NCBI RefSeq assembly: GCF_028368995.1
Contig: NZ_JAQNDL010000004.1
Coordinates: 576,001-640,000 of the forward strand
Source: Nannocystis bainbridge
GTDB taxonomy: Bacteria > Myxococcota_A > Polyangia > Nannocystales > Nannocystaceae
Reading direction: 5' to 3'
Length of the DNA: 64,000 nucleotides
In this document: positions 50,848 through 61,344 of the stretch, piece after piece
Layout of the letters: each line of letters begins with the position of its first letter
Position numbering within the stretch: position 1 is the first letter of the stretch
Translations under genes and position numbers: made by a program
The notes under the pieces: generated by a model
The model's database searches: none
What the model saw: only the letters and a program-made list of their open reading frames with translations
Told to the model about the DNA's origin: nothing

Positions 50848-52431
50848 TCACGGGCCCGCGCGGTGCAACCGGACCTCTTCCATGTCGAGCTGATCCTCGG
50901 CAGCGCGCAGGACCTCTGGGTCGACGGTGTCCTCGCGGCGGACGTACAGGAGGGCCTGGCGCTGGGCGTGGACGAGGTCGATCAGGAGCTCGTGGTGGCG
51001 GACGCGGAGGTCGTGGTCGGCGCCGAGGTCGGACTGCGAGGCGTCGAGGGCCGCGGTGTGGTGGGCCCGCACGCGCGCGAGGAGGTCGGGGTGCGGGTGC
51101 GCGGCGGGGTCCGTGCGATCGAGGTGGGCGAGGGCGGCGGCGGCGAGGCGGGCCTGCAGCAGCCGGGTGTCGCGGGCCCGCCGGGCGTCGTCGCCGGCGT
51201 CGAAGCGCAGCAAGCGGATGACGAGCGGGAGGCTCAGGCCCTGGAGGACGAGGGTGACGAGGATGACGGCGAAGGTGATGAAGAGGATCAGGTGGCGGTG
51301 GGGGAAGGCGGTGACACCGTCGGCGAGGGTCAAGGGGACGGCGAGGGCCGAGGCGAGCGAGACGACGCCGCGCATGCCGGCCCAGGCGATGACGACGAGG
51401 GCCTTCCAGTCGGGGGCGCCGGCGGGCCGCGAGCGCCGCCACCTCAGCGCGCCGGCGGCGGCGAACACCCAGACGAAGCGCACGACGACGGTGAGCAGGC
51501 TGATGGCGAGCGCGTAGGCGGTGGCGTAGGCGAACTGCTCGGGGCCGAGGCCCTCGGTGATGCGCGGCAGCTGCAGGCCGATGAGGATGAAGACGAAGCC
51601 GTTGAGGAGGAACACGAGGGTGCTCCACACGAAGCTGGCCTGGACCTTGGAGGGGGCGCTCAGGAAATCGTCGGCGCGCGCCGAGAGGAACAGGCCGCCG
51701 GCGACCACGGCGAGCACGCCCGAACATCCCAGGCCCTCGGCCGCGAGGTACATGATGTACGGGGTCATGATGGTGAGGCTGGCGTCGACGCTGGCGACGC
51801 TCGGCAGCAGGCGGTGCACGCGGTAGACGAGCAGGGCGACGGCGAGGCCGAGGGCGACGCCGCCGAGAGCGACGCGGAAGAACTCGAGGGCGAAATCGAC
51901 GGCGACGAAGCTGCCGGCGGCGACGGCGGCGAGGGCGAAGCGAAACACGATCAGCGAGGCGGCGTCGTTGACGAGGCTCTCGCCCTCGAGGATGGCGACG
52001 GCGACCCGCGGGACCCGCAGGCCGTGCAGCACGCTGGTGGCGGCGACGGCGTCGGGCGGGGAGATGATGCCGCCGAGCATGAAGCCGAGCGCGAGCGAGC
52101 AGTCGGGGACGAGGGCGTGGGCGACCAGCGCGACGGCGGTGGCGGTGAACAGGACCAGACCGAACGCCTGCAGGGCGATGGGCCCGCGCAGGCGCACGAA
52201 CTCTCGCCAGGGGGTGAACCACGCGGCCTGGTAGAGCAGCGGCGGCAGGAACACCAGGAACACCAGCTCGGGATCGAGGCTGACGTGCGGGGCGCCGGGG
52301 ACGAGGCTGATGCCGAGGCCGCCGAGCACGAGGAGGATCGGGTAGCTGATGCCGAGCCGCCCGCTGAGCACGTGCAGGACGCCGATGGCGAACAGCAGCG
52401 AGAGGACGAGCAGGAGTTCGTGGTGCAGCAT
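50848..52431 (-). CDS. Na+/H+ antiporter (CPA1 family)
   Basis: FLPPLLY, SPPDAVA, LEGESLVNDA, WAGMRGVVSLA. Confidence 0.93.
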   Translation of the reverse strand: MLHHELLLVLSLLFAIGVLHVLSGRLGISYPILLVLGGLGISLVPGAPHVSLDPELVFLVFLPPLLYQAAWFTPWREFVRLRGPIALQAFGLVLFTATAVALVAHALVPDCSLALGFMLGGIISPPDAVAATSVLHGLRVPRVAVAILEGESLVNDAASLIVFRFALAAVAAGSFVAVDFALEFFRVALGGVALGLAVALLVYRVHRLLPSVASVDASLTIMTPYIMYLAAEGLGCSGVLAVVAGGLFLSARADDFLSAPSKVQASFVWSTLVFLLNGFVFILIGLQLPRITEGLGPEQFAYATAYALAISLLTVVVRFVWVFAAAGALRWRRSRPAGAPDWKALVVIAWAGMRGVVSLASALAVPLTLADGVTAFPHRHLILFITFAVILVTLVLQGLSLPLVIRLLRFDAGDDARRARDTRLLQARLAAAALAHLDRTDPAAHPHPDLLARVRAHHTAALDASQSDLGADHDLRVRHHELLIDLVHAQRQALLYVRREDTVDPEVLRAAEDQLDMEEVRLHRAGP

Positions 52432-52473
52432 CGACGCGCTCGAGGCTAACGCGGGGTCGCGGGGCGGGCCACG

Positions 52474-53262
52474 TCAGCCGGGCGGGCCGTTGTCGGGATC
52501 TGGCCCCGGGGACAGGTCGACGATGGTGGCGCCCCATCCGCCGCCGCGGTGGCCGCCGAGGCGGTAGGCGACGACGCGCGGGTGACGATCGAGGATCGCG
52601 TGCACGGTCCGTCGCAGGGCGCCGATGCCCTTGCCGTGGACGATGCGGACCTCGGTGATGCCGCGCGCGCGGCAGACTTCGAGGTACTCGAGCACGAGGC
52701 GCTTGACGTCCTTGGGGCTGAAGTTGTGGAGGTCGAGCTCGCCGTCAACGGGCAGCTCGGCGGCGCGGTCGGAGCCGGCGAGGGCGCCGAAGAAGCCGGC
52801 GCGCCCGGCCCACGGAGCCCACGGGAGCGCGGTGACGGGAGCGGGCTGATAGGCGGCGGGCCGCGGGAGGGCGCAGCGATGGACGGTGCGGGCGGCCCGG
52901 GCGAACGGGTTCCACGGGCGCTGGCCCTGGGCGGGGCCGGGCTGCCAGCGCTCGCCGACGCGGAGCTCGAGGGTGAAGCGGCCGGGGCGGCCGGGCCAGC
53001 GTTCGGCGACGATCCGCAGGTCGCCGAACAGGGCGGCGCCGATCAGGTCGAGGGCGAGGGCGGCCTGATCGTCGCTGTCGTCGTCGTCGGCGAGCGCGAA
53101 CGAAGCTGTCCATCCGGACAGGTCGACGCGCAGGCGATCGCCGTCGCGGTGGACGCCGAGCTCGAGGTCGCCGAGGCGGACGACGCCGGGGGGCGAGGGC
53201 GCGAGGCCGCAGGCGGCGAGCATGGCGTCGAGTGCGTGCGCGAAGGCCTCGCCGGGGGTCAT
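52474..53262 (-). CDS. Smr-domain protein with an uncharacterised N-terminal domain
   Basis: ELDLHNF, VRIVHGKGIGALR, GGWGATIVDL. Confidence 0.85.
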   Translation of the reverse strand: MTPGEAFAHALDAMLAACGLAPSPPGVVRLGDLELGVHRDGDRLRVDLSGWTASFALADDDDSDDQAALALDLIGAALFGDLRIVAERWPGRPGRFTLELRVGERWQPGPAQGQRPWNPFARAARTVHRCALPRPAAYQPAPVTALPWAPWAGRAGFFGALAGSDRAAELPVDGELDLHNFSPKDVKRLVLEYLEVCRARGITEVRIVHGKGIGALRRTVHAILDRHPRVVAYRLGGHRGGGWGATIVDLSPGPDPDNGPPG

Positions 53263-53334
53263 GGCCACGAGAGTGTAGGCGCGGTCGGCTGCGCGAGGCC
53301 AGGCGCGGCGGCGCGAGCGTGCTAGGAACGCGAC

Positions 53335-53796
53335 ATGAAGATCGATCTCGACGAGGCGCCGACGCTGGTCGGCACGCGCTATCCGGCCCCGTTCGACGCG
53401 CCGTGCCAGGACCGCGTGCGGGTCCGTCTGGGGGCGGCGGCGGGGCTGTCGCAGTTCGGCGTGAACTTGCTGCGGCTGGCGCCCGGGACGTGGTCGAGCC
53501 AGCGCCACTGGCACGCGCGCGAGGACGAGTTCGTGTACGTGCTGACGGGCGAGGTGGTGCTGGTGACGGAGGCGGGCGAGACGACGCTGCGCGCGGGTGA
53601 GTGCGCGGGGTTCCCCCACGGGGTGGCGAGCGGGCATCACCTGCAGAACCGCGGGTCGGTGGAGGCGACGGTGCTCGAGGTCGGGACCGACGATCCGCGC
53701 GACGAGGTGGAGTACCCGGACATCGACATGCGGTGGACGCCGGACGGGTACGCGCGCCGCGACGGGACGCCGTATCCGCGACGCAAGGACGGGTGA
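53335..53796 (+). CDS. Cupin domain protein
   Basis: FGVNL, SSQRHWHAREDEFVYVL, GHHLQN, YPDID. Confidence 0.9.
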   Translation: MKIDLDEAPTLVGTRYPAPFDAPCQDRVRVRLGAAAGLSQFGVNLLRLAPGTWSSQRHWHAREDEFVYVLTGEVVLVTEAGETTLRAGECAGFPHGVASGHHLQNRGSVEATVLEVGTDDPRDEVEYPDIDMRWTPDGYARRDGTPYPRRKDG

Positions 53797-53849
53797 CGAA
53801 GCGAAGGCCGTGAAGTCGTCGGTGTGGGCGCGGCGAGCGGAGGGAGGCC

Positions 53850-54755
53850 TCAAGCGGTCGCCAGCGGGGCGGCGCGGAAGGCCTCGATCACGAACTCGCG
53901 GAAGGCGGTGACCTTGCGCGGGAGGTGCTTGCCGCCGGCGCACACCAGCCACAGGCCGCCGGAGTGGATGGCCCAGCGCGGCAGGACGCGGACCAGCAGG
54001 CCGGCGGCGACGTCGGGCTCGGCGTAGAAGTCGGGCAGGATGCCGAGGCCGGCGCCGGCGCGCAGGGCCTGGCGGGCGAACGACATGTCGTCGCAGACGA
54101 TCCGGCCGACCGGCTTGAGGACGGCCGGGTCGCCGGGGCCGTCGAGGCGCAGCCTGGGGCCGCCGCGGTAGGCGACCCAGGTGTGGCCGGCGAGCTCGCG
54201 CGGGCTGCGAGGCGTCCCGCGGCGGGCGAGGTAGGCCGGCGAGGCGTGGAGCTGGACGGCGATGGTGCCGAGCTTGCGCGCGGTGAACGAGGCGTCGCCG
54301 AGCGGGCGGCGGGCGATCCGGAACGCGACGTCGATGCCCTCGGCGACCATGTCGACGAGGTTGTTGGCGAGCCGCATGTCGACCTCGACGTTCGGGTAGC
54401 GGGCGACGAAGCGGGTGACGATGTCGGCGAGCACGGCGGCGCCGAAGTCGACGGTGGCGGTGATCCGCAGGCGGCCCGAGGGCTGCTCCTCGCGCTCGGG
54501 CAGCTCGGCGAGCGAGCGCTGGAGGGCGGCGATGAGCGGTGCGGTGCGCTCGTAGAGGGCGGCGCCGGCGGTGGTGACGGCGACGCGGCGGGTGGTGCGG
54601 TGCAGGAGCTGGACGCCCATGGCCTGCTCGAGGCCGAGGACGCCGCGGCTGACCGAGGACTTGGGCAGGCCGAGGCGGCGGGCGGCGGCGGAGAAGCTGG
54701 CAGTGTCGACGACGGCGACGAAGCGGGCGAGGCGGTCGAGATCGACTGTTGTCAT
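53850..54755 (-). CDS. LysR family transcriptional regulator (CrgA/DmlR-like)
   Basis: SFSAAARRLG, LLHRTTR, GRLRIT, EGIDVAFR. Confidence 0.93.
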   Translation of the reverse strand: MTTVDLDRLARFVAVVDTASFSAAARRLGLPKSSVSRGVLGLEQAMGVQLLHRTTRRVAVTTAGAALYERTAPLIAALQRSLAELPEREEQPSGRLRITATVDFGAAVLADIVTRFVARYPNVEVDMRLANNLVDMVAEGIDVAFRIARRPLGDASFTARKLGTIAVQLHASPAYLARRGTPRSPRELAGHTWVAYRGGPRLRLDGPGDPAVLKPVGRIVCDDMSFARQALRAGAGLGILPDFYAEPDVAAGLLVRVLPRWAIHSGGLWLVCAGGKHLPRKVTAFREFVIEAFRAAPLATA

Positions 54756-54766
54756 TGCGGAACAGT
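54745..54766. promoter_or_regulatory. Putative LysR binding site
   Basis: Dyad ACTGTT-N10-AACAGT containing T-N11-A, overlapping the lysR start and facing the divergent oxidoreductase gene. Confidence 0.45.
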
Positions 54767-54820
54767 ATCGCGACGAATGGGCAGCTTGTCGCCAATTCGC
54801 AACGGCCTAGACTGGCCGGT

Positions 54821-55717
54821 ATGCCGGATCGAAACGAGAAGACGCTGCTCGTCACGGGCGCTGCGGGCCACCTGGGCCGGCGCGTGGTCGAGCTGTTGCT
54901 GGCGGCCGGTGAGCGCCGCGTGATCGCCGGCAGCCGCACGCCGGAGGCGCTGCACGAGCTGACGGGGCGCGGGGCCGAGGCGCGAAAGGTGGACTTCGAC
55001 GACGCGGCCGGGCTCGACGCGGCGCTGGTCGGGGTCGACCGGCTGCTGATCGTCAGCACCGACGCGGTGCTCGAGCCGGGGCGCCGGATCGCCCAGCACG
55101 CGCGCGCGGTCGCGGCGGCGGTGCGCGCCGGGGTGCGCCACGTGGTCTACACGTCGTTGACGAACCCGGGGCCGGAGTCGCCGATCGGGCTGGCGGTCGA
55201 TCACCGCGAGACGGAGGCGGCGCTGGCGAGGAGCGGGCTCGGGTTCACGATCCTGCGCAACAACATCTACGCGGAGCTGCTGCTGCAGGCGGGCGCGGGG
55301 GCGGTGGCGAGCGGGCGGCTGGTGCACGCGGCCGGCGACGGGGCTGCGGGTTACGTGACGCGGGAGGACTGCGCGCGGGCGGCCGCGGCGGCGCTGGCGA
55401 GCGCGGACACGGGCTCGCAGGTGCTCGACGTGACGGGGCCGGAGGCGGTGACGCAGGCGCAGCTGGCGGGCCTGCTGGCGGAGGTGACGGGGCGGCCGGT
55501 GCAGGCGGTGAACGTGTCGCCGGCGCAGCTGCGCGAGGGGATGATCGGGCACGGGCTGCCGCCGGCGCTGGCGGAGGTGCTGGTGTCGTTCGACCGCGCG
55601 ATCGCCCAGGGGACGCTGGCGGTCGTCAGCGGGGCGGTGGAAGGGCTGACGGGGCGCCGGCCGACGAGCGTGCGCGAGTTCCTGGCGGCGCACCGGAGCG
55701 CGCTCGTCGGGGCGTGA
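54821..55717 (+). CDS. NAD(P)H-binding atypical SDR (QOR2/YtfG, NmrA-like)
   Basis: VTGAAGHLG, GVDRLLIVS, VVYTS, DHRETE, LRNNIY, TREDCA. Confidence 0.88.
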   Translation: MPDRNEKTLLVTGAAGHLGRRVVELLLAAGERRVIAGSRTPEALHELTGRGAEARKVDFDDAAGLDAALVGVDRLLIVSTDAVLEPGRRIAQHARAVAAAVRAGVRHVVYTSLTNPGPESPIGLAVDHRETEAALARSGLGFTILRNNIYAELLLQAGAGAVASGRLVHAAGDGAAGYVTREDCARAAAAALASADTGSQVLDVTGPEAVTQAQLAGLLAEVTGRPVQAVNVSPAQLREGMIGHGLPPALAEVLVSFDRAIAQGTLAVVSGAVEGLTGRRPTSVREFLAAHRSALVGA

Positions 55718-55814
55718 GGTCCTGCGGCGCGAGGCGGCGCCTGCAGTCGGGCGGGCTCGGGCGTAGCGCGCCGACGTCCGCGCGGCGGGAGCCGGGCGCC
55801 GCCGCGGTGAGGCG

Positions 55815-55894
55815 ATAGGTGTCCGTGAGGACATGTGCGAAGGGACCTGTGCGTCGGGACAGGGCCGATCGCGCATGTCCTCGCGGACATGCGC
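55815..55894. repeat. 14-bp tile array (6 cores)
   Basis: Cores at 55815, 55829, 55843, 55857, 55871, 55885; convergent junction. Confidence 0.9.
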
Positions 55895-55897
55895 CGT

Positions 55898-58360
55898 TCA
55901 ACCCGGCGAGGGGCAGGCGGCGGCGGTGGTGAGGTCGGTGTTGTTGGCCTCGTTGCACTCGGAGATCGCGCCGTTGCCCTTGCTCGGCTCGTCGACCTCG
56001 ACGAAGTAGTCGGCGGTCATGTTCCCGGGCGGGGCCTGGACCAGCAGCTTGACCTTCTCCGAGCCGCCGGGCAGGAGCGCGGTGGTGGTGACGGTGCTCT
56101 GCAGCAGGGTGCCGGTGGCGTCCTGGCCCTGGTAGAAGTCGACGATGACGCCGGCGGGCACGCCGAGGGCGCCCTCGTTGCGCACGGTGGCGATGAGCTC
56201 GAGCTGCTCGGCGCAGAAGCCGAGGCCGATCGAGAGCTGGACGGTGAGGTCGGGGGCGTTGAAGACGCCCTCGCCCTGGACGTTCTGGCGGTAGTTGTTG
56301 AGGCCCGGCGTGGTCCAGTTGTCGGACTCCTTGGCCGGGACGTTGCCCGCGGAGGTGGTGCCGGTGACGTGATAGGTGTGCTGCGTCCACACGCGCCGGG
56401 TCGGGACCCAGCCGTCGCCGGCGTCGCCGTAGAGGAACACGCCCTTGCGCTGCTTGTAGCCCGGCGCGTTGCAGCCGCCGACGTTGGTGGCGACCATGAG
56501 GAGCTCCGAGTTGCCGTCGGCGTCGGCGTCGACGACCAGCGGGTACTCGTGGATCGTGGCGCTCGAGTTCTCGATCTGCAGCAGGACGGTGCCGTCCTTG
56601 CCGGAGTAGACGCGGGCGTAACACTCGTCGTTGTAGGTGACCTCGGCGGCGCCGTCGCCCTGGAAATCGAACACCGACGAGCCGGTGGCGTTGGACGACT
56701 GATCCTGGGTCGTGGCCGACCAGACGCGGAAGATGGCGCCGGCGGCCGGGTTCGGATCGCCGTTGGGCTTGACGATGTCTTCGCCGTCGCGGTTGAGGTC
56801 GAACACGGTGTAGCGCGAGGCGCCGGCGACCGCGAGCTCGGGCCGGCCGTCGCCGTCGAAGTCGGCGACCGTCGGCGGGCCGCCGAGACCGCCGCCGGGG
56901 ATGGCCCGCGGCTGGGTGCGCATGCCGTCGTTGCCGTCGCACAGGACGCCGGTCGGATCGATGCCGCACCACAGCTTGCCGGTCAGGCCGTCGAGCACGC
57001 GCACGTTGCCGGTGGCGGCGAGGATGACCTCGGGGGTGCCGTTCTGATCGAGGTCGGCGATCGCCGGCCAGCCGTCGGTGCCGTCGGTGTTGTTCCACAG
57101 CTCGGTGACGGCGACGGTCGGCGGATCGCCGGGGGTCCAGGCGACCGACCAGGCCTGCTTGCCGCTGATGATCTCGGGGTAGCCGTCACCCGTGAGGTCG
57201 GCGACGGCCGAGAGACCGCCGGCGTACGAGGCCGGCGAACCGACGATGCCGCCGTTGTTGTTCAGGTTCCACACGACGAGGCCGTCGTGGTCGAACAGGG
57301 TGGCGCCGATGACGATCTCGGCCTGGTCGTCGTCGTCGAAGTTGGCGAGGGTGATGCCGCCGTTGTCGACGCGGGTGGTCGCCGAGACGTTGTTGGCGGT
57401 GTGCGAGGTCCACAGGAGGTTGCCCATGCCGTCGATGGCGTGGATCGGGCTCTTGCCGCCGCTGACGCGCCCGGTGTAGACGATGTCGGGCAGGCCGTCG
57501 CCGCTGACGTCGCCGACGGCGACGGTGGTGCGGCCGTGCGAGCCGAACTTGTTGTTGGCGGGCTCGTGGTCGATGCGGAACTTCTCGAGGCCAGTGGCGC
57601 CGTCGAGCACGATGATGACGCCGACGGTGTAGTCGTCGGAGTCCTTGTAGCGGGTGGTGTTGACGACGACCTCGGGCACGCCGTCGCCGTCGAGGTCGGC
57701 GACCGCGGGGCTCGAGAACACCTCTTCTTCGATCCACGACCACTCGGGGACGGCGTTGAGGGTGTCGAACTCGGGCACGATCTCGCAGGTCAGCGGGTCG
57801 GGCTGCGGCAGGCACTGGCCCAGGGTCTGCTCGCAGTATTCGCCGGGCTGGCAGTCGTAGGAGTCCTGGCACGGGGCGCCCGGCATGACGCACTCGGCGC
57901 CCGAGCAGACGTTGCCGATCGCGCAGCACTCGAGGTCCGGACCGCAGTGGACGCCGCTGTCACATTGGGGCAGGCAGTTGTCGTCGAGGCACTCGTTGCC
58001 GGCGGGACAGCAGGTGGCCGGTTCGCCGCACAGGGTGCCGCCCTCGCACAGGTCGTCGCCGCCGGTGGTGCTGCTGCTGTCGCTGGTGATGCCGTCGGTG
58101 GTGGTGGCGGTGCCGTCGGTGGTGACAGCGGTGGCGCCGGTCATGGTCTCGTCGCCGGACATGCCGGTGGTGGGACCGGTGGTCGGCACGACGGTGGTGG
58201 TGACCCCGGCGGTGGAGGCCGTGCCGTCCGTGCCGCTGTCGGTGGTCGAACCAGTGTTGCCGCCGCTGGCGGTGACCGTGCCGCCGTTGTCGCCGCATCC
58301 GACCGCGCCGACGAGTGCCAACAACCAACCCGAGCTCAAACCCCACAATGTTCGCTGCAC
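55898..58360 (-). CDS. FG-GAP/VCBS repeat lipoprotein with a Cys-rich region and C-terminal CARDB-like Ig domain
   Basis: Lipobox GAVGC, Thr linker, Cys-rich segment, many DxDGDGxxE loops, APDL...VRNEG...ECNEANN. Confidence 0.85.
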   Translation of the reverse strand: MQRTLWGLSSGWLLALVGAVGCGDNGGTVTASGGNTGSTTDSGTDGTASTAGVTTTVVPTTGPTTGMSGDETMTGATAVTTDGTATTTDGITSDSSSTTGGDDLCEGGTLCGEPATCCPAGNECLDDNCLPQCDSGVHCGPDLECCAIGNVCSGAECVMPGAPCQDSYDCQPGEYCEQTLGQCLPQPDPLTCEIVPEFDTLNAVPEWSWIEEEVFSSPAVADLDGDGVPEVVVNTTRYKDSDDYTVGVIIVLDGATGLEKFRIDHEPANNKFGSHGRTTVAVGDVSGDGLPDIVYTGRVSGGKSPIHAIDGMGNLLWTSHTANNVSATTRVDNGGITLANFDDDDQAEIVIGATLFDHDGLVVWNLNNNGGIVGSPASYAGGLSAVADLTGDGYPEIISGKQAWSVAWTPGDPPTVAVTELWNNTDGTDGWPAIADLDQNGTPEVILAATGNVRVLDGLTGKLWCGIDPTGVLCDGNDGMRTQPRAIPGGGLGGPPTVADFDGDGRPELAVAGASRYTVFDLNRDGEDIVKPNGDPNPAAGAIFRVWSATTQDQSSNATGSSVFDFQGDGAAEVTYNDECYARVYSGKDGTVLLQIENSSATIHEYPLVVDADADGNSELLMVATNVGGCNAPGYKQRKGVFLYGDAGDGWVPTRRVWTQHTYHVTGTTSAGNVPAKESDNWTTPGLNNYRQNVQGEGVFNAPDLTVQLSIGLGFCAEQLELIATVRNEGALGVPAGVIVDFYQGQDATGTLLQSTVTTTALLPGGSEKVKLLVQAPPGNMTADYFVEVDEPSKGNGAISECNEANNTDLTTAAACPSPG

Positions 58361-58615
58361 CGGCGAAGCTCATCACAGGCGCCTGGGCCGATCAACCGGC
58401 GGGGCCCTGGGCTGTTTCTGCGCTTGTCCGCGTGCGACGACGGTCCTCGGGCCGAGCACGAGGCGCGACGAACGCGGCCGGCGAACGTGAACGAACGGCG
58501 CGTCGACGTTTACCGCCGGTTGATGCGCGGGCGAGAAGTCGTGGCGGTCCGTCACCGTCGAGGCGTCACTCGACGAACCGCGCACGGAGCCGGTCGTCAC
58601 CACCCGAAGGTACCG

Positions 58616-59110
58616 ATGTCACACCCGATCTTTCGTACACTCATGGGCACGCTGATGTGCGGCTCGCTGATGACCGGCGCGCTGGGCTGCGCGTCGCCGG
58701 AGCGCCTCCGCGGGCTCGACCGCCGCTTCTACCAGAACCTGGACAGTGAGAAGGACCGCGCGGCGTACTTGAAGACGCCCAAGGCGCAGCGGCAGAGCTT
58801 TTTGCAGAGCCAGGGAATTTGGGACAGGTGGCAGGCGCTGCCCGAGGCCGAGCGCACGGCGGCGAAGCGCGGGCAGCTGGCGCCGGGCTCGCAGGAGTTC
58901 GCGGGGTTCATGGCCTGGGGGCCGCCGGCCGACACGCAGCGGCGCACGGCCGGCGAGCGCGAGGTGGCGTTCCACACCTTCATCCGCTGCACGAGCGGGC
59001 CCAAGACCGGCCGCTACGTGCAGGCGAGCAGCACGTGCGACGGGACGTTCAACGAAATCGAAGTCGCGGTCGAGGGCGGGATCGTGACGGAGATCAAAGT
59101 TCTCAACTGA
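58616..59110 (+). CDS. Hypothetical lipoprotein
   Basis: Lipobox GALGC; MAWGPP motif; C-terminal EVAVEGGIVTEI. Confidence 0.7.
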   Translation: MSHPIFRTLMGTLMCGSLMTGALGCASPERLRGLDRRFYQNLDSEKDRAAYLKTPKAQRQSFLQSQGIWDRWQALPEAERTAAKRGQLAPGSQEFAGFMAWGPPADTQRRTAGEREVAFHTFIRCTSGPKTGRYVQASSTCDGTFNEIEVAVEGGIVTEIKVLN

Positions 59111-59295
59111 GCGCGGCCCGGCGAACGTCGTGCGCCCGCCGCGATCCGCTCGATCGCGGCAGGGCGCGGCGAATGCGAGGCGGCGAGGCGCGATCGCGCG
59201 GCTGCATCATTCGGTGAGATCGAGCCGGCGAGACCGCGGCGGGCTCGACGATTTGCGCAAGTGACAGCGGCGCAACAGGACGACAGGTTGGCGGC

Positions 59296-59601
59296 ATGTC
59301 CACTGCCAACGATCACGTCCACGTCGTCGCCACCCTGCAAGCCCTGCCGGATCAAATCGCCTCGCTGGCGGCGCTGCTCGGCGAGCTGGCCCGGACTTCG
59401 CGCCAGGAGGCCGGCAACCTGCGCTTCGATGTCCACCAGCAAGCGTCGAACCCGAGCCAGCTGATCACGATCGAACACTGGGACGGGTCGGCCTCGGTCG
59501 ACGCGCACATGACGAGCGCGCACGTCGGGACGGTGCTGGCCAGGCTGGCGCCGCTGCTGGCCGCGCCGCCGCAGATCGTGCGCTACAGCCAGATCGCGTG
59601 A
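59296..59601 (+). CDS. Antibiotic biosynthesis monooxygenase (putative quinol monooxygenase) family
   Basis: SRQEAGNLRFDVHQ, IEHW, AHMTSAH. Confidence 0.85.
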   Translation: MSTANDHVHVVATLQALPDQIASLAALLGELARTSRQEAGNLRFDVHQQASNPSQLITIEHWDGSASVDAHMTSAHVGTVLARLAPLLAAPPQIVRYSQIA

Positions 59602-59613
59602 GGCCGGACGCGG

Positions 59614-61209
59614 TCAGCCGTCGGTCTTGCGGAAGCGATAGGCGAGCTGCGGCCGCGTGAGCCCGAGCAGGCGCGCGGCGGCGGCGAGGTTGCCTCCGGC
59701 GCGGTCGACGGCGCCGCGGATGAGCGCCTGCTCGAGCGCGTCGATGCCGGCGCGGCGATCGAGCAGGGCGCCGATGAGCTCGTCGACGCCCGGGAGGTCG
59801 GCCCCGGCGGCGGCTCCGATCGGCTGGAGGACGCCCGCGGGCGCCAGCTCGAGGCGCGCGGGCGGGGCCTCGTCGCCGCTGAACAGGTGGCCGCGATCGA
59901 TCGGCGCGCCGTCGTCGACGAGCACCGCGGCGCGAGCGATCCGTCCCCACAGCTCGCGCACGTTGCCGGGGTAGTCGTGATCGAGGAGGGCGTTGTTGGC
60001 GGCCTCGGTGACGCCGACGAGCCGCCGCCCGAGGCCGCGCGCGTGCTGGTCGAGGAAGCGGCCGAGCAGCAGCGGGATGTCCTCCCGCCGCTCGCGCAGC
60101 GGCGGGACCCACACCGGGAAGGCGCCGAGGCGCTGGACCAATTCGTCGCGCACGAGGCCGCCGCGCCGCAGGTCGACGCGGGTGCTGGCGAGCCAGCGCA
60201 GGTCGTGATCGCCGGCGTCGAAGGCGTGGAGTAACCTGTCCTGAAGTTCAGGTGAGAGGCGATCGAGGTCGGCGAGCAGGAGGCTGCCGCCGCGGGCCCG
60301 CGCGAGCGCATCGGCGAGACCGGCGGGGTCGAGGGCGCCGGCGCGCACGACCACGAAGGGGCCGGCGGCGCGGCGGCTGCGGTCGTGCACGGCGCGGGCG
60401 AGGTGGCGCTTGCCGACGCCGGGCTCGCCCTCGAGCAGGACGGGCAGCTCGGAGCCGGCGACGCGCGCGAGCAGGGCGAAGGCGCCGCGCAGGCCGGTGG
60501 CGTGACCGATGACGGGTCCGTCGTCGCGCGCGAGAGCGGCGGGCGGATCGCCGGGGCCCGGGCGCGCGATCGGGTGGGTGGCGAGGAACTCGAACTCGGG
60601 CGGTGGGGTGTCGTCGCCGAGCGGTCGGCCGACGATCCGGCAATGACGCGCGCCGCAGGCCCGACAGGCGACCTCGCGGTAGACGATCGGCCGACCCATG
60701 AAGACGGTGGTGAAACCGCTGGCGTAGCCGAGCATGGTCCAGCACACGGGCTCGGCGGCCCGACCCTCGCTTTCGAGGTGAGCCTCGACCTCGGCGGAGC
60801 TGCGCCAGGCGAACTCGCCGCGGTAGTGGCCGCGCTCGATGTCGAACTGGACCTCGAGCGGGCGCACGGCGACCATGCCCTCGAGCGCGTGCAATTGCGG
60901 GCCGGCGGCGAACAGCTCGTAGTAGCTGGCGGTGCCGCGGATCCGGCGGGCGTATTCGCCGTCGCGCTGGCCGGAGACGTAGCCCATGCGGGTCAGGATG
61001 GCCCGCGCCCGGGCGACGCCGACGGCGGCGATGAGCTCGCGCCGCAGGGTCGCCATGGCGCCGAGATGGACGAGCACCATGCGCTCGTCACCGAGGGTGA
61101 TCCGGCCGTCGCGCGGCCAGAAGCGCAGGTGCTTGAGCAGGTCGGCGCTGTCCGGCAGCCGCAGCGCGTCGTCGTCGCCAGCGGCGACGAAGGGCCCTTC
61201 TTCGCTCAC
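59614..61209 (-). CDS. XylR/DmpR-type regulator (XylR_N + V4R + degenerate AAA+ + Fis HTH)
   Basis: GDERMVLVH, AGPQLHALEG, PVCW...GYASG...EVAC...C; GEPGVGK; YPGNVREL; GNLAAAARLLGLTRPQLAYR. Confidence 0.88.
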   Translation of the reverse strand: MSEEGPFVAAGDDDALRLPDSADLLKHLRFWPRDGRITLGDERMVLVHLGAMATLRRELIAAVGVARARAILTRMGYVSGQRDGEYARRIRGTASYYELFAAGPQLHALEGMVAVRPLEVQFDIERGHYRGEFAWRSSAEVEAHLESEGRAAEPVCWTMLGYASGFTTVFMGRPIVYREVACRACGARHCRIVGRPLGDDTPPPEFEFLATHPIARPGPGDPPAALARDDGPVIGHATGLRGAFALLARVAGSELPVLLEGEPGVGKRHLARAVHDRSRRAAGPFVVVRAGALDPAGLADALARARGGSLLLADLDRLSPELQDRLLHAFDAGDHDLRWLASTRVDLRRGGLVRDELVQRLGAFPVWVPPLRERREDIPLLLGRFLDQHARGLGRRLVGVTEAANNALLDHDYPGNVRELWGRIARAAVLVDDGAPIDRGHLFSGDEAPPARLELAPAGVLQPIGAAAGADLPGVDELIGALLDRRAGIDALEQALIRGAVDRAGGNLAAAARLLGLTRPQLAYRFRKTDG

Positions 61210-61344
61210 GCGCGAGCACAGTAGGCCGGGGCCGCCGCGGCGATCAAGCCCGGCGATCGCGGGAGTCAGCGGGGTGCGGATCCGCCCGAGGGCCGCCGGC
61301 GAGCCGGCGACGGCGCCGGGGCTGGGGTAGACTGCGCGCCCCGC

